From positions 1 to 45,686 of IMG/VR virus record IMGVR_UViG_2663763339_000005: 45,686 bases of DNA. One strand, 5' to 3'. This document shows, in pieces, positions 32,232-40,341 of the stretch. Every line of letters begins with the position of its first letter. Positions within the stretch are counted from its first letter, which is position 1. The translations under genes and the position numbers were made by a program. Source of the stretch: a virus. Taxonomy: Duplodnaviria; Heunggongvirae; Uroviricota; Caudoviricetes. The notes under the pieces are model-generated. The model made no database searches, was not told the origin of the DNA, and was given only the letters and a program-made list of their open reading frames with translations.

Positions 32232-33272
32232 ATGGTTGATTTATATTCGCCTACTCAGCTTGTACAGGTGGTTAATGCTGTAGATGTACAAAAACAACTA
32301 AATGCGTTGTTTACCAGTTTGTTTTTTACTCGCTCGGTAATGTTTGAATCGCGCGATATTATTCTTGATACAATCGACGATCCAAATATCCCAATTGCAG
32401 CGTTTTGTTCTCCTATGGTGGGTAGTAAAGTTTCACGTGACGAAGGGTACGAATCAAAAACAATTCGTCCAGGCTATATGAAGCCGAAAAGCAGCATTGA
32501 TCCAAATAAGTTAGCTGTGCGCCCTGCTGGTGTATCACCTGAGCAATACAATGCTTTTGGGGCGCGTAATATTAAAGTTAAACAGGCGATTGTAAATCAA
32601 GCTAAAGCTATTCGTGCACGTATTGAATGGCTTGCTGTTCAGGCAATCACAACGGGGAAAAATATCATTGAGGGCGATGGTATTGAACGTTATGAGCTGG
32701 ACTGGAATATTAAACCACAAAATATCATCACTCAGTCTGGCGGTGCTGAGTGGTCAGGTAAGGATAAAGAAACTTTTGATCCAAATGATGATATTGAGAG
32801 CTACGCAGAATTTAGTGAGGGCGTCACTAATATTATCATTATGGGCGGTAATGTATGGAAGAAATACCGTTCATTCAGAGCGATAAAAGAGGCTCTGGAT
32901 ACCCGTCGTGGTTCTAATTCCGAACTGGAAACGGCCCTTAAAGACCTTGGTGATTCGGTGAGTTTTAAAGGGTATATGGGCGATGTTGCGATTGTTGTTT
33001 ACAGCGGGCGTTATACCGACGAGGACGGAACAGAAAAACATTTCCTTGATCCTGATTTGATGGTGCTTGGCAATACGGCTCTTCAGGGGATTGTCGCCTA
33101 TGGCGGTATTCAGGATCCGGAGCTAATCCGAATGGGGCTGACTAAAGCCGAACTTGCACCGAAAAACTATATTGTGCCTGGTGATCCGGCTATTGAATAT
33201 GTGCAGACACATTCAGCACCACAGCCAATACCGGCCCGCATCAATCGTTTTGTTACCGTTCGCATTGGCTAA
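32232..33272 (+). CDS. Major capsid protein, lambda gpE family (element-encoded divergent paralogue)
   Basis: ORF 32058..33272; start Met 32232 preceded by AGAGGA; clear alignment to lambda E (ITQSGGAEWSGKDKETFDPNDDIESYAEF...NIIIMGGNVWKKYRSFRAIKEALDTRRGSNSELETALKDLG..YKG..GDVAIVVYSG); ~346 aa versus 341 for lambda E. Confidence 0.88.
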   Translation: MVDLYSPTQLVQVVNAVDVQKQLNALFTSLFFTRSVMFESRDIILDTIDDPNIPIAAFCSPMVGSKVSRDEGYESKTIRPGYMKPKSSIDPNKLAVRPAGVSPEQYNAFGARNIKVKQAIVNQAKAIRARIEWLAVQAITTGKNIIEGDGIERYELDWNIKPQNIITQSGGAEWSGKDKETFDPNDDIESYAEFSEGVTNIIIMGGNVWKKYRSFRAIKEALDTRRGSNSELETALKDLGDSVSFKGYMGDVAIVVYSGRYTDEDGTEKHFLDPDLMVLGNTALQGIVAYGGIQDPELIRMGLTKAELAPKNYIVPGDPAIEYVQTHSAPQPIPARINRFVTVRIG

Positions 33273-33281
33273 GGGGGAGCA

Positions 33282-33623
33282 ATGGCTACTCATTACACTG
33301 AACTCATGGCTGGCACTGAAGCACTGGTGACTACGCTGGGGATATTTTCAGCTAATAAAGGGGTAATTCCTGCATTTACGCCACTGATGCAGGAAGATGC
33401 AACAGGTGCACTGGTAGTATGGGATGGTTCGAGCGTAGGTAAAGCGGTTTATGTTTCCGCTGTACAAATCGACACCGCGAAAAAAACACAGGCTCAGGTC
33501 TATAAGACAGGTGTCTTAAATGTTGATGCTCTGAACTGGCCTGAGTCTGTTAAAGAACTGTCAGTAAAGGTTGCAGCGTTTGTTGGCTCAGGTATTTCTG
33601 TTCAGCCGCTGGCTCGTGTGTAA
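33282..33623 (+). CDS. Head decoration protein, lambda gpD family (element-encoded divergent paralogue)
   Basis: 113 aa; PLMQEDATGALVVWDGSSVGKAVYVSAV...YKTGVLNVDALNWPE...FVGSGISV aligns with gp[28 protein letters not shown]...[15 protein letters not shown]...FAGTAISI. Confidence 0.8.
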   Translation: MATHYTELMAGTEALVTTLGIFSANKGVIPAFTPLMQEDATGALVVWDGSSVGKAVYVSAVQIDTAKKTQAQVYKTGVLNVDALNWPESVKELSVKVAAFVGSGISVQPLARV

Positions 33624-33634
33624 AGGGGGATACA

Positions 33635-34018
33635 ATGCAGAATGATTACAATGACCTTAAGCCAATTGCCGAAATGATGTACCCGAATCAAGCTGTAGAG
33701 GAATTAAAAGCTATCGCTGACAAAATGTGTTTAAGCGAGCGCCTTGTTGATATGAATCAGGTGATGGAAATTACAACCCTGAGTCGTCGTACACTGCTAA
33801 ACCTTGAGGCTAGTGGAGAGTTCCCGGAGCGTGTGCAGGTTACGGAAGGGCGTAAGGCCTGGTATTTAAGTGAAGTGATCGACTGGATAAATAATATTCC
33901 TCGCGCTTCTGAATATTGCCGCGTACCTGTCCCAAAAAAGCCAGATGCGGCGCTATGCCTCAAGATTGAGCGTGTACGCCGCAATGCACGGGATGGTCGC
34001 TATAAGCTGATTGGTTGA
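33635..34018 (+). CDS. Small HTH protein adjacent to element cos (candidate packaging-redirection / Nu1-like DNA-binding factor)
   Basis: 127 aa; MNQVMEITTLSRRTLLNLEASGEFPERVQVTEGRKAWYLSEVIDWI is a MerR/AlpA-like winged HTH; ends just upstream of cos-like site. Confidence 0.45.
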   Translation: MQNDYNDLKPIAEMMYPNQAVEELKAIADKMCLSERLVDMNQVMEITTLSRRTLLNLEASGEFPERVQVTEGRKAWYLSEVIDWINNIPRASEYCRVPVPKKPDAALCLKIERVRRNARDGRYKLIG

Positions 34019-34029
34019 TGAAATTAGGG

Positions 34030-34250
34030 CCCGCTCTGGCTGGCGGGTCCTTTCCGGCGATCCAGGACGTTACGGGGCGTCAGGCGCGCAGATTCTTGCT
34101 ATTTATGACAATTTTCTGCGATTTGCCGTTTCTGTTCTTCTTCGTTGTAACTATATGTTATTAATGGAAATGCCACCTAAAAAGAAAGGAAATGGTAAGC
34201 GCTATTTTGAGCTAAAAACAGCTTAACCGTTTCCTTTCTCCAAAATTTAC
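34030..34250 (+). other. Element cos-like site (lambda-like cosQ, variant cosN GGGCGTCAGGCG at 34075-34086, cosB-like R/IHF elements)
   Basis: ggcgggtcctttccggcgatccaggacgttacgGGGCGTCAGGCGcgcagattcttgctatttatgacaattttctgcgatttgccgtttctgttcttcttcg...aaaaagaaaggaaatgg aligns block-by-block with the helper cos at 18840-19040. Confidence 0.8.
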
Positions 34251-34260
34251 TGAGGCGGCT

Positions 34261-34686
34261 ATGAATCCATGCGCAGAAGTCATGACAACTATCAAACTAA
34301 GCGGATCTTTAGCTTCTTTGTTCGCCAGAGAACATCAGCGCCTTATCGGTCCGACGCGTGAGGCATTAAGGGTATTATCAGCCACTATTCCGGGATTTGA
34401 GAAATTCATGAACACTAGCAAGGCTTGAGGACTCACTTTCGCCGTGTTTGTGGATAAAAATAATGTCGCGCAGGATGATCTCGATTTTCCAAATGGTGGT
34501 CGTACGATTCGAATTGTTCCGATCATTATGGGGAGTAAGCGTGCTGGTGTTCTGCAAACCATTCTTGGCGCTTTCTTGGTGGTTGGTGGTGTTCTGGGGG
34601 CAACGATAGGGCAAGCATGGAACGGTGGTGTGTGGAGCGGCAAGTATTTTCTATTGGCAGAAGCCCATTCCGCCAAGATAGGCTAG
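34261..34686 (+). pseudogene. Tail assembly protein I-like ORF interrupted by a single in-frame TGA (34426-34428)
   Basis: N-part MNPCAEVMTTIKLSGSLASLFAREHQRLIGPTREALRVLSATIPGFEKF and C-part ...RTIRIVPIIMGSKRAGVLQTILGAFLVVGG resemble helper gpI (LYGDLQRFGRRIDLRVKTGAEAIRALATQLPAFRQKL / AVIHIVPRVAGAKSGGVFQIVLGAAAIAG); same frame across the stop. Confidence 0.45.
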
Positions 34687-34781
34687 ACGTATAAGATCGG
34701 TTACAATCTATAAATCAGCTGTTGAATTATTGAATTTTAACCATATTTATCAGATGGACTTCATTCAAAAAGGTAACTTTG

Positions 34782-35468
34782 ATGGCCGGACAATTAGACG
34801 AAGCAGCAAAACAGATTTTGGGTACCTTACTGGCAGATTTTACAGATCGAGGGTTAACTGCACAGGATTTAAAAAATGGTTATGAAGGCCCGAACATCAA
34901 TGCGCTAGCTACTGCAGTATGCAACGTCGCTGATTTTACATCTGTAGATTTTGAAGTTGCCTTTGGCGATCTCGAAAAAAGCAAACTAATCAAAACTGGC
35001 CCCATGAAAATGTTCGATAATGATCACAATAGCTCTGTGATCATTATTGCTTCTTATAGCCTACGTGAATATGTTTATTTGACGGAGGCTGGATACAAGG
35101 AGTCCAGGAAAGTACCAAATCGCCCACAACGTGTTCAGCGTATAGTCAATAATCTAACGATCACCGGCGGACATTTCAGCAATACGCAATTAGGGCAGGG
35201 AGAGGTCGTTTCCCAAACCCAAAACATCACAAGCAGTTCCGATTCTGAAATAGTTGCTAAGCTGATTTCTATCATTGAAGAACAGGGGCAAGTAGTTAAC
35301 AGCGATCAACGTTCTGATATTGAAGCAGCTGTGGCAGCCGCTAATGAAGGTGATGGTAAAGAAGCGAAATCATTGCTGTCTAAAGTATGCGGTCCTGTTT
35401 GGGAGTCTGTGCAACCAGTAATATGGCCGATCATTGGTGAGTTGGTTAAGAAAGGGCTCGGGATTTAA
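34782..35468 (+). CDS. Hypothetical protein (element cargo, unknown function)
   Basis: ORF 34779..35468; ATG 34782 preceded by AGGT; 228 aa, acidic, no recognised family. Confidence 0.45.
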   Translation: MAGQLDEAAKQILGTLLADFTDRGLTAQDLKNGYEGPNINALATAVCNVADFTSVDFEVAFGDLEKSKLIKTGPMKMFDNDHNSSVIIIASYSLREYVYLTEAGYKESRKVPNRPQRVQRIVNNLTITGGHFSNTQLGQGEVVSQTQNITSSSDSEIVAKLISIIEEQGQVVNSDQRSDIEAAVAAANEGDGKEAKSLLSKVCGPVWESVQPVIWPIIGELVKKGLGI

Positions 35469-35660
35469 TTTAATAAATTCTAAAAGGGCTGTTTGGGTAG
35501 TATTTTTATGGGGCTCTTCAATTAAAAGGAGTCATAGGGTCAAACGATGTGCCTATGACTCCTGGATAAAGCCATCAGAGAATATTAGTGTTAACAATTT
35601 CTCTTCAGCCCTTGTTTATACGATGCCAGCTTCAGAACCGAATCAACGCTCATGCGATCT

Positions 35661-35954
35661 TTAGCATCTCGGTAATGACAGTAAGTTATTATTCCATCGA
35701 CCATCAGCATAAGTACGTATAAATTTCCGCCCTCCCCCTCCTGGATCAACGACACCTACATCAGCACGTTTGCCATAACTATCAGTGACATAGAAAGTAT
35801 GTAACTTGTTCTCAATTGAATTAACTACATCTGCCACAGTCCACTTACTTCCAGGGGGATTAAATTGAGGGCTTCCCACATGAGTAATGTGTTCATGAAG
35901 GGCGTTCGAACTGGAGAGAGTAATACAAGTTAATCGTACATCAACCATCTTCAA
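35661..35954 (-). CDS. Hypothetical small protein, possibly DUF3892-like (element cargo near right junction)
   Basis: 97 aa with ITHVG and NNLLSLPRC motifs recalled as DUF3892-like; opposite strand, AT-rich. Confidence 0.4.
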   Translation of the reverse strand: MKMVDVRLTCITLSSSNALHEHITHVGSPQFNPPGSKWTVADVVNSIENKLHTFYVTDSYGKRADVGVVDPGGGGRKFIRTYADGRWNNNLLSLPRC

Positions 35955-36174
35955 CTCCTTATTTACTGTGAAAAATCATAAGATACAGCATGTATCGAAA
36001 TACAGCAGGGTGAACAATTTCGATTTACGAGGACTTAGCAAAGTCTCTTTCTCTTAAACTGTGGGCTTGTATTGCAGGTTGTATTGCAACTGTAGCTAAG
36101 CAATATCAGTTGTAAGCTTTATTTCTTTTACAGTCAATCGTATAGCATCGTATTTGACTCATGTAGCCCAAGCA

Positions 36175-36955
36175 TGAGGTGAATCCGCAGATGACCCTGC
36201 GTCGCCTGCCGGATGAAGATCCACAGAATCTGGCGGACCCGGCTTACCGCCGCCGTCGCATCATCCTGCAGAACATGCGAGACGAAGAGCTGGCCATTGC
36301 TCAGGTCGAAGAGATGCAGGCAGTTTCTGCCGTGCTTAAGGGCAAATACACCATGACCGGTGAAGCCTTCGATCCGGTTGAAGTGGATATGGGCCGCAGT
36401 GTGGCGAACAACATCACGCAGTCCGGCGGTACGGAGTGGAGCAAGCGTGACAAGTCCACGTATGACCCGACCGACGATATCGAAGCCTACGCGCTGAACG
36501 CCAGCGGTGTGGTGAATATCATCGTGTTTGATCCGAAAGGCTGGGCGCTGTTCCGTTCCTTCAAAGCCGTCAGGGAGAAGCTGGATACCCGTCGCGGCTC
36601 TAATTCCGAGCTGGAGACAGCGGTAAAAGACCTGGGCGAAGCGGTGTCCTATAAGGGGATGTATGGCGATACGGCGATCGTCGTGTATTCCGGACAGTAC
36701 GTGGAAAACGACGTCAAAAAGAACTTCCTTCCGGACAACACGATGGTGCTGGGGAACACTCAGGCACGCGGTCTGCGCACCTATGGCTGCATTCAGGATG
36801 CGGACGCACAGCGCGAAGGTATTAACGCCTCTGCCCGCTACCCGAAAAACTGGGTGACCACCGGCGATCCGGCGCGTGAGTTCACCATGATTCAGTCAGC
36901 ACCGCTGATGCTGCTGGCTGACCCTGATGCGTTCGTGTCCGTACAACTGGCGTAA
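36175..36955 (+). pseudogene. E: Major capsid protein E, 3' fragment (codon 82 to stop), separated from 5' fragment by the inserted element
   Basis: ...HEVNPQMTLRRLPDEDPQNLADPAYRRRRIILQNMRDEELAIAQVEEMQ... matches lambda gpE; in-frame TAG immediately upstream of the junction; 245 nt (5' part) + 781 nt = 1026 nt, the exact length of lambda E. Confidence 0.92.
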
Positions 36956-36996
36956 TCATGGCCCTTCGGGGCCATTTTCTCTCTGTGGAGGAGTCC

Positions 36997-37392
36997 ATGA
37001 CGAAAGATGAACTGATTGCCCGTCTTCAGGTGCTGGGTGAGCAACTGAACCGTGATGTCAGCCTGACGGGGACGAAAGAAGAACTGGCACTCCGTGTGGC
37101 AGAGCTGGAAGAGGAGCTTGATGACACGGATGACGCTGCCGGTCAGGACACATCTGTCAGCCCGGAAAATGCGCTGACCGGACATGAAAATGAGGTTGTA
37201 TCAGCGCAGCCGGATACCGTGATTGATACGGCTGATCTGGTCACGGTTGTGGCACTGGTGACGCTGCATACTGATGCACTTCACGCCACGCGGGATGAGG
37301 CTGTGGCATTTGTGCTGCCGGGAACGGCGTTCCGTGTCTCTGCCGGTGTGGCAGCTGAAATGACAGAGCGCGGCCTGGCCAGAATGCAATAA
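36997..37392 (+). CDS. FI: DNA packaging protein FI
   Basis: ORF 36958..37392 with start at MTKDELIARL...; matches lambda gpFI. Confidence 0.92.
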   Translation: MTKDELIARLQVLGEQLNRDVSLTGTKEELALRVAELEEELDDTDDAAGQDTSVSPENALTGHENEVVSAQPDTVIDTADLVTVVALVTLHTDALHATRDEAVAFVLPGTAFRVSAGVAAEMTERGLARMQ

Positions 37393-37403
37393 CGGGAGGC
37401 GCT

Positions 37404-37757
37404 GTGGCTGATTTCGATAACCTGTTCGATGCTGCCATTGCCTGCGCCGATGAAACGATACGCGGGTACATGGGAACGTCAGCCACCATGACATCCGGTG
37501 AGCAGTCCGGTGCTGTGATACGTGGTGTTTTTGATGACCCTGAAAATATCAGCTATGCCGGACAGGGCGTGCGCGTTGAAGGCTCCAGCCCGTCCCTGTT
37601 TGTCCGGACTGATGATGTGCGGCAGCTGCGGCGCGGCGACACGCTGACCATCGGTGAGGAAAACTTCTGGATAGACCGGATTTCGCCGGATGATGGCGGA
37701 AGCTGTCATCTCTGGCTTGGGCGGGGCGTACCGCCTGCCGTTAACCGTCGCCGCTGA
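37404..37757 (+). CDS. FII: Head-tail connector FII
   Basis: 117 aa matching lambda gpFII (MADFDNLFDAAIA.ADETIRGYMGTSATMTSGEQSGAVIRGVFDDPENISYAGQG...). Confidence 0.94.
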   Translation: MADFDNLFDAAIACADETIRGYMGTSATMTSGEQSGAVIRGVFDDPENISYAGQGVRVEGSSPSLFVRTDDVRQLRRGDTLTIGEENFWIDRISPDDGGSCHLWLGRGVPPAVNRRR

Positions 37758-37768
37758 AAGGGGGATGT

Positions 37769-38347
37769 ATGGCCATAAAAGGTCTTGAGCAGGCCGTTGA
37801 AAACCTCAGCCGTATCAGCAGAACGGCGGTGCCCGGTGCCGCCGCAATGGCCATTAACCGCGTTGCTTCATCCGCGATATCGCAGTCGGTGTCACAGGTT
37901 GCCCGTGAGACAAAGGTACGCCGGAAACTGGTAAAGGAAAGGGCCAGGCTGAAAAGGGCCACGGTCAAAAATCCGCAGGCCAGAATCAAGGTTAACCGGG
38001 GGGATTTGCCCGTAATCAAGCTGGGTAATGCGCGGGTTGTCCTTTCGCGCCGCAGGCGTCGTAAAAAGGGGCAGCGTTCATCCCTGAAAGGTGGCGGCAG
38101 CGTGCTTGTGGTGGGTAACCGTCGTATTCCCGGCGCGTTTATTCAGCAACTGAAAAATGGCCGGTGGCATGTCATGCAGCGTGTGGCCGGGAAAAACCGT
38201 TACCCCATTGATGTGGTGAAAATCCCGATGGCGGTGCCGCTGACCACGGCGTTTAAACAAAATATTGAGCGGATACGGCGTGAACGTCTTCCGAAAGAGC
38301 TGGGCTATGCGCTGCAGCATCAACTGAGGATGGTAATAAAGCGATGA
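37769..38347 (+). CDS. Z: Tail completion protein Z
   Basis: 192 aa matching lambda gpZ. Confidence 0.93.
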   Translation: MAIKGLEQAVENLSRISRTAVPGAAAMAINRVASSAISQSVSQVARETKVRRKLVKERARLKRATVKNPQARIKVNRGDLPVIKLGNARVVLSRRRRRKKGQRSSLKGGGSVLVVGNRRIPGAFIQQLKNGRWHVMQRVAGKNRYPIDVVKIPMAVPLTTAFKQNIERIRRERLPKELGYALQHQLRMVIKR

Positions 38348-38739
38348 AACATACTGAACTCCGTGCAGCCGTACTGGATGCACTGGAGAAGCATGACACC
38401 GGGGCGACGTTTTTTGATGGTCGCCCCGCTGTTTTTGATGAGGCGGATTTTCCGGCAGTTGCCGTTTATCTCACCGGCGCTGAATACACGGGCGAAGAGC
38501 TGGACAGCGATACCTGGCAGGCGGAGCTGCATATCGAAGTTTTCCTGCCTGCTCAGGTGCCGGATTCAGAGCTGGATGCGTGGATGGAGTCCCGGATTTA
38601 TCCGGTGATGAGCGATATCCCGGCACTGTCAGATTTGATCACCAGTATGGTGGCCAGCGGCTATGACTACCGGCGCGACGATGATGCGGGCCTGTGGAGT
38701 TCAGCCGATCTGACTTATGTCATTACCTATGAAATGTGA
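38344..38739 (+). CDS. U: Tail terminator protein U
   Basis: 131 aa matching lambda gpU ([54 protein letters not shown]...). Confidence 0.94.
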   Translation: MKHTELRAAVLDALEKHDTGATFFDGRPAVFDEADFPAVAVYLTGAEYTGEELDSDTWQAELHIEVFLPAQVPDSELDAWMESRIYPVMSDIPALSDLITSMVASGYDYRRDDDAGLWSSADLTYVITYEM

Positions 38740-38746
38740 GGACGCT

Positions 38747-39487
38747 ATGCCTGTACCAAATCCTACAATGTCGGTGAAAGGTGCCGGGACCACCCTGTGG
38801 GTTTATAAGGGGAGCGGTGACCCTTATGCGAATCCGCTTTCAGACGTTGACTGGTCGCGTCTGGCAAAAGTTAAAGACCTGACGCCCGGCGAACTGACCG
38901 CTGAGTCCTATGACGACAGCTATCTCGATGATGAAGATGCAGACTGGACTGCGACCGGGCAGGGGCAGAAATCTGCCGGAGATACCAGCTTCACGCTGGC
39001 GTGGATGCCCGGAGAGCAGGGGCAGCAGGCGCTGCTGGCGTGGTTTAATGAAGGCGATACCCGTGCCTATAAAATCCGCTTCCCGAACGGCACTGTCGAT
39101 GTGTTCCGTGGCTGGATCAGCAGTATCGGTAAGGCGGTGACGGCGAAGGAAGTGATCACCCGCACGGTGAAAGTCACCAATGTGGGACGTCCGTCGATGG
39201 CAGAAGATCGCAGCACGGTAACAGCGGCAACCGGTATGACCGTGACGCCAGCCAGCGCTTCCGTAGTGAAAGGGAAGAGCACCACGCTGACCGTGGCATT
39301 CCAGCCGGAAGGCGCAACCGACAAGAGCTTCCGTGCGGTGTCAGCGGATAAAACAAAAGCCACCGTGTCGGTCAGTGGTATGACCATCACCGTGAATGGC
39401 GTTGCTGCAGGTAAGGTCAACATTCCGGTCGTATCCGGTAATGGTGAGTTTGCTGCGGTTGCAGAAATCACCGTCACCGCCAGTTAA
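38747..39487 (+). CDS. V: Major tail protein V (with C-terminal Ig-like domain)
   Basis: ORF 38717..39487 with start at [36 protein letters not shown]...; matches lambda gpV. Confidence 0.94.
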   Translation: MPVPNPTMSVKGAGTTLWVYKGSGDPYANPLSDVDWSRLAKVKDLTPGELTAESYDDSYLDDEDADWTATGQGQKSAGDTSFTLAWMPGEQGQQALLAWFNEGDTRAYKIRFPNGTVDVFRGWISSIGKAVTAKEVITRTVKVTNVGRPSMAEDRSTVTAATGMTVTPASASVVKGKSTTLTVAFQPEGATDKSFRAVSADKTKATVSVSGMTITVNGVAAGKVNIPVVSGNGEFAAVAEITVTAS

Positions 39488-39502
39488 TCCGGAGAGTCAG
39501 AG

Positions 39503-39925
39503 ATGTTCCTGAAAACCGAATCATTTGAACATAACGGTGTGACCGTCACGCTTTCTGAACTGTCAGCCCTGCAGCGTATTGAGCATCTCGCCCTGATGAA
39601 ACGGCAGGCAGAACAGGCGGAGTCAGACAGCAATCGGAAGTTTACTGTGGAAGACGCCATCAGAACCGGCGCGTTTCTGGTGGCGATGTCCCTGTGGCAT
39701 AACCATCCGCAGAAGACGCAGATGCCGTCCATGAATGAAGCCGTTAAACAGATTGAGCAGGAAGTGCTTACCACCTGGCCCACGGAGGCAATTTCTCATG
39801 CTGAAAACGTGGTGTACCGGCTGTCCGGTATGTATGAGTTTGTTGTGAATAATACCCCTGAACAGACAGAGGACGCCGGGCCTGCAGAGCCTGTTTCTGC
39901 GGGAAAGTGTTCGACGGTGAGCTGA
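39503..39925 (+). CDS. G: Tail assembly chaperone G
   Basis: 140 aa matching lambda gpG; slippery heptamer GGGAAAG at 39901-39907 near the 3' end. Confidence 0.93.
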   Translation: MFLKTESFEHNGVTVTLSELSALQRIEHLALMKRQAEQAESDSNRKFTVEDAIRTGAFLVAMSLWHNHPQKTQMPSMNEAVKQIEQEVLTTWPTEAISHAENVVYRLSGMYEFVVNNTPEQTEDAGPAEPVSAGKCSTVS

Positions 39926-40341
39926 GTTTTGCCCTGAAACTGGCGCGTGAGATGGGGCGACCCGACTGGCGTGCCATGCTTGCCGGGATGTCATCCACGG
40001 AGTATGCCGACTGGCACCGCTTTTACAGTACCCATTATTTTCATGATGTTCTGCTGGATATGCACTTTTCCGGGCTGACGTACACCGTGCTCAGCCTGTT
40101 TTTCAGCGATCCGGATATGCATCCGCTGGATTTCAGTCTGCTGAACCGGCGCGAGGCTGACGAAGAGCCTGAAGATGATGTGCTGATGCAGAAAGCGGCA
40201 GGGCTTGCCGGAGGTGTCCGCTTTGGCCCGGACGGGAATGAAGTTATCCCCGCTTCCCCGGATGTGGCGGACATGACGGAGGATGACGTAATGCTGATGA
40301 CAGTATCAGAAGGGATCGCAGGAGGAGTCCGGTATGGCTGA
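39907..40341 (+). CDS. T: Tail assembly protein T (expressed as G-T by -1 programmed frameshift)
   Basis: 144-aa ORF in -1 frame relative to G, beginning at the slippery site; matches lambda gpT. Confidence 0.9.
   Translation: MFDGELSFALKLAREMGRPDWRAMLAGMSSTEYADWHRFYSTHYFHDVLLDMHFSGLTYTVLSLFFSDPDMHPLDFSLLNRREADEEPEDDVLMQKAAGLAGGVRFGPDGNEVIPASPDVADMTEDDVMLMTVSEGIAGGVRYG

Larger units (their letters stand above)
25251..36164. mobile_element. Integrated phage-satellite-like element (PICI/P4-like), ~10.9 kb, inserted in capsid gene E; flanked by 10-bp direct repeat agcccaagca (25241-25250 and 36165-36174)
   Basis: Interrupts E at codon 81; carries integrase + AlpA at left end, primase + iterons, SSB, E- and D-like capsid genes, lambda-like cos; TGTATTGCA arm-type repeats near both ends. 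Confidence 0.85.
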
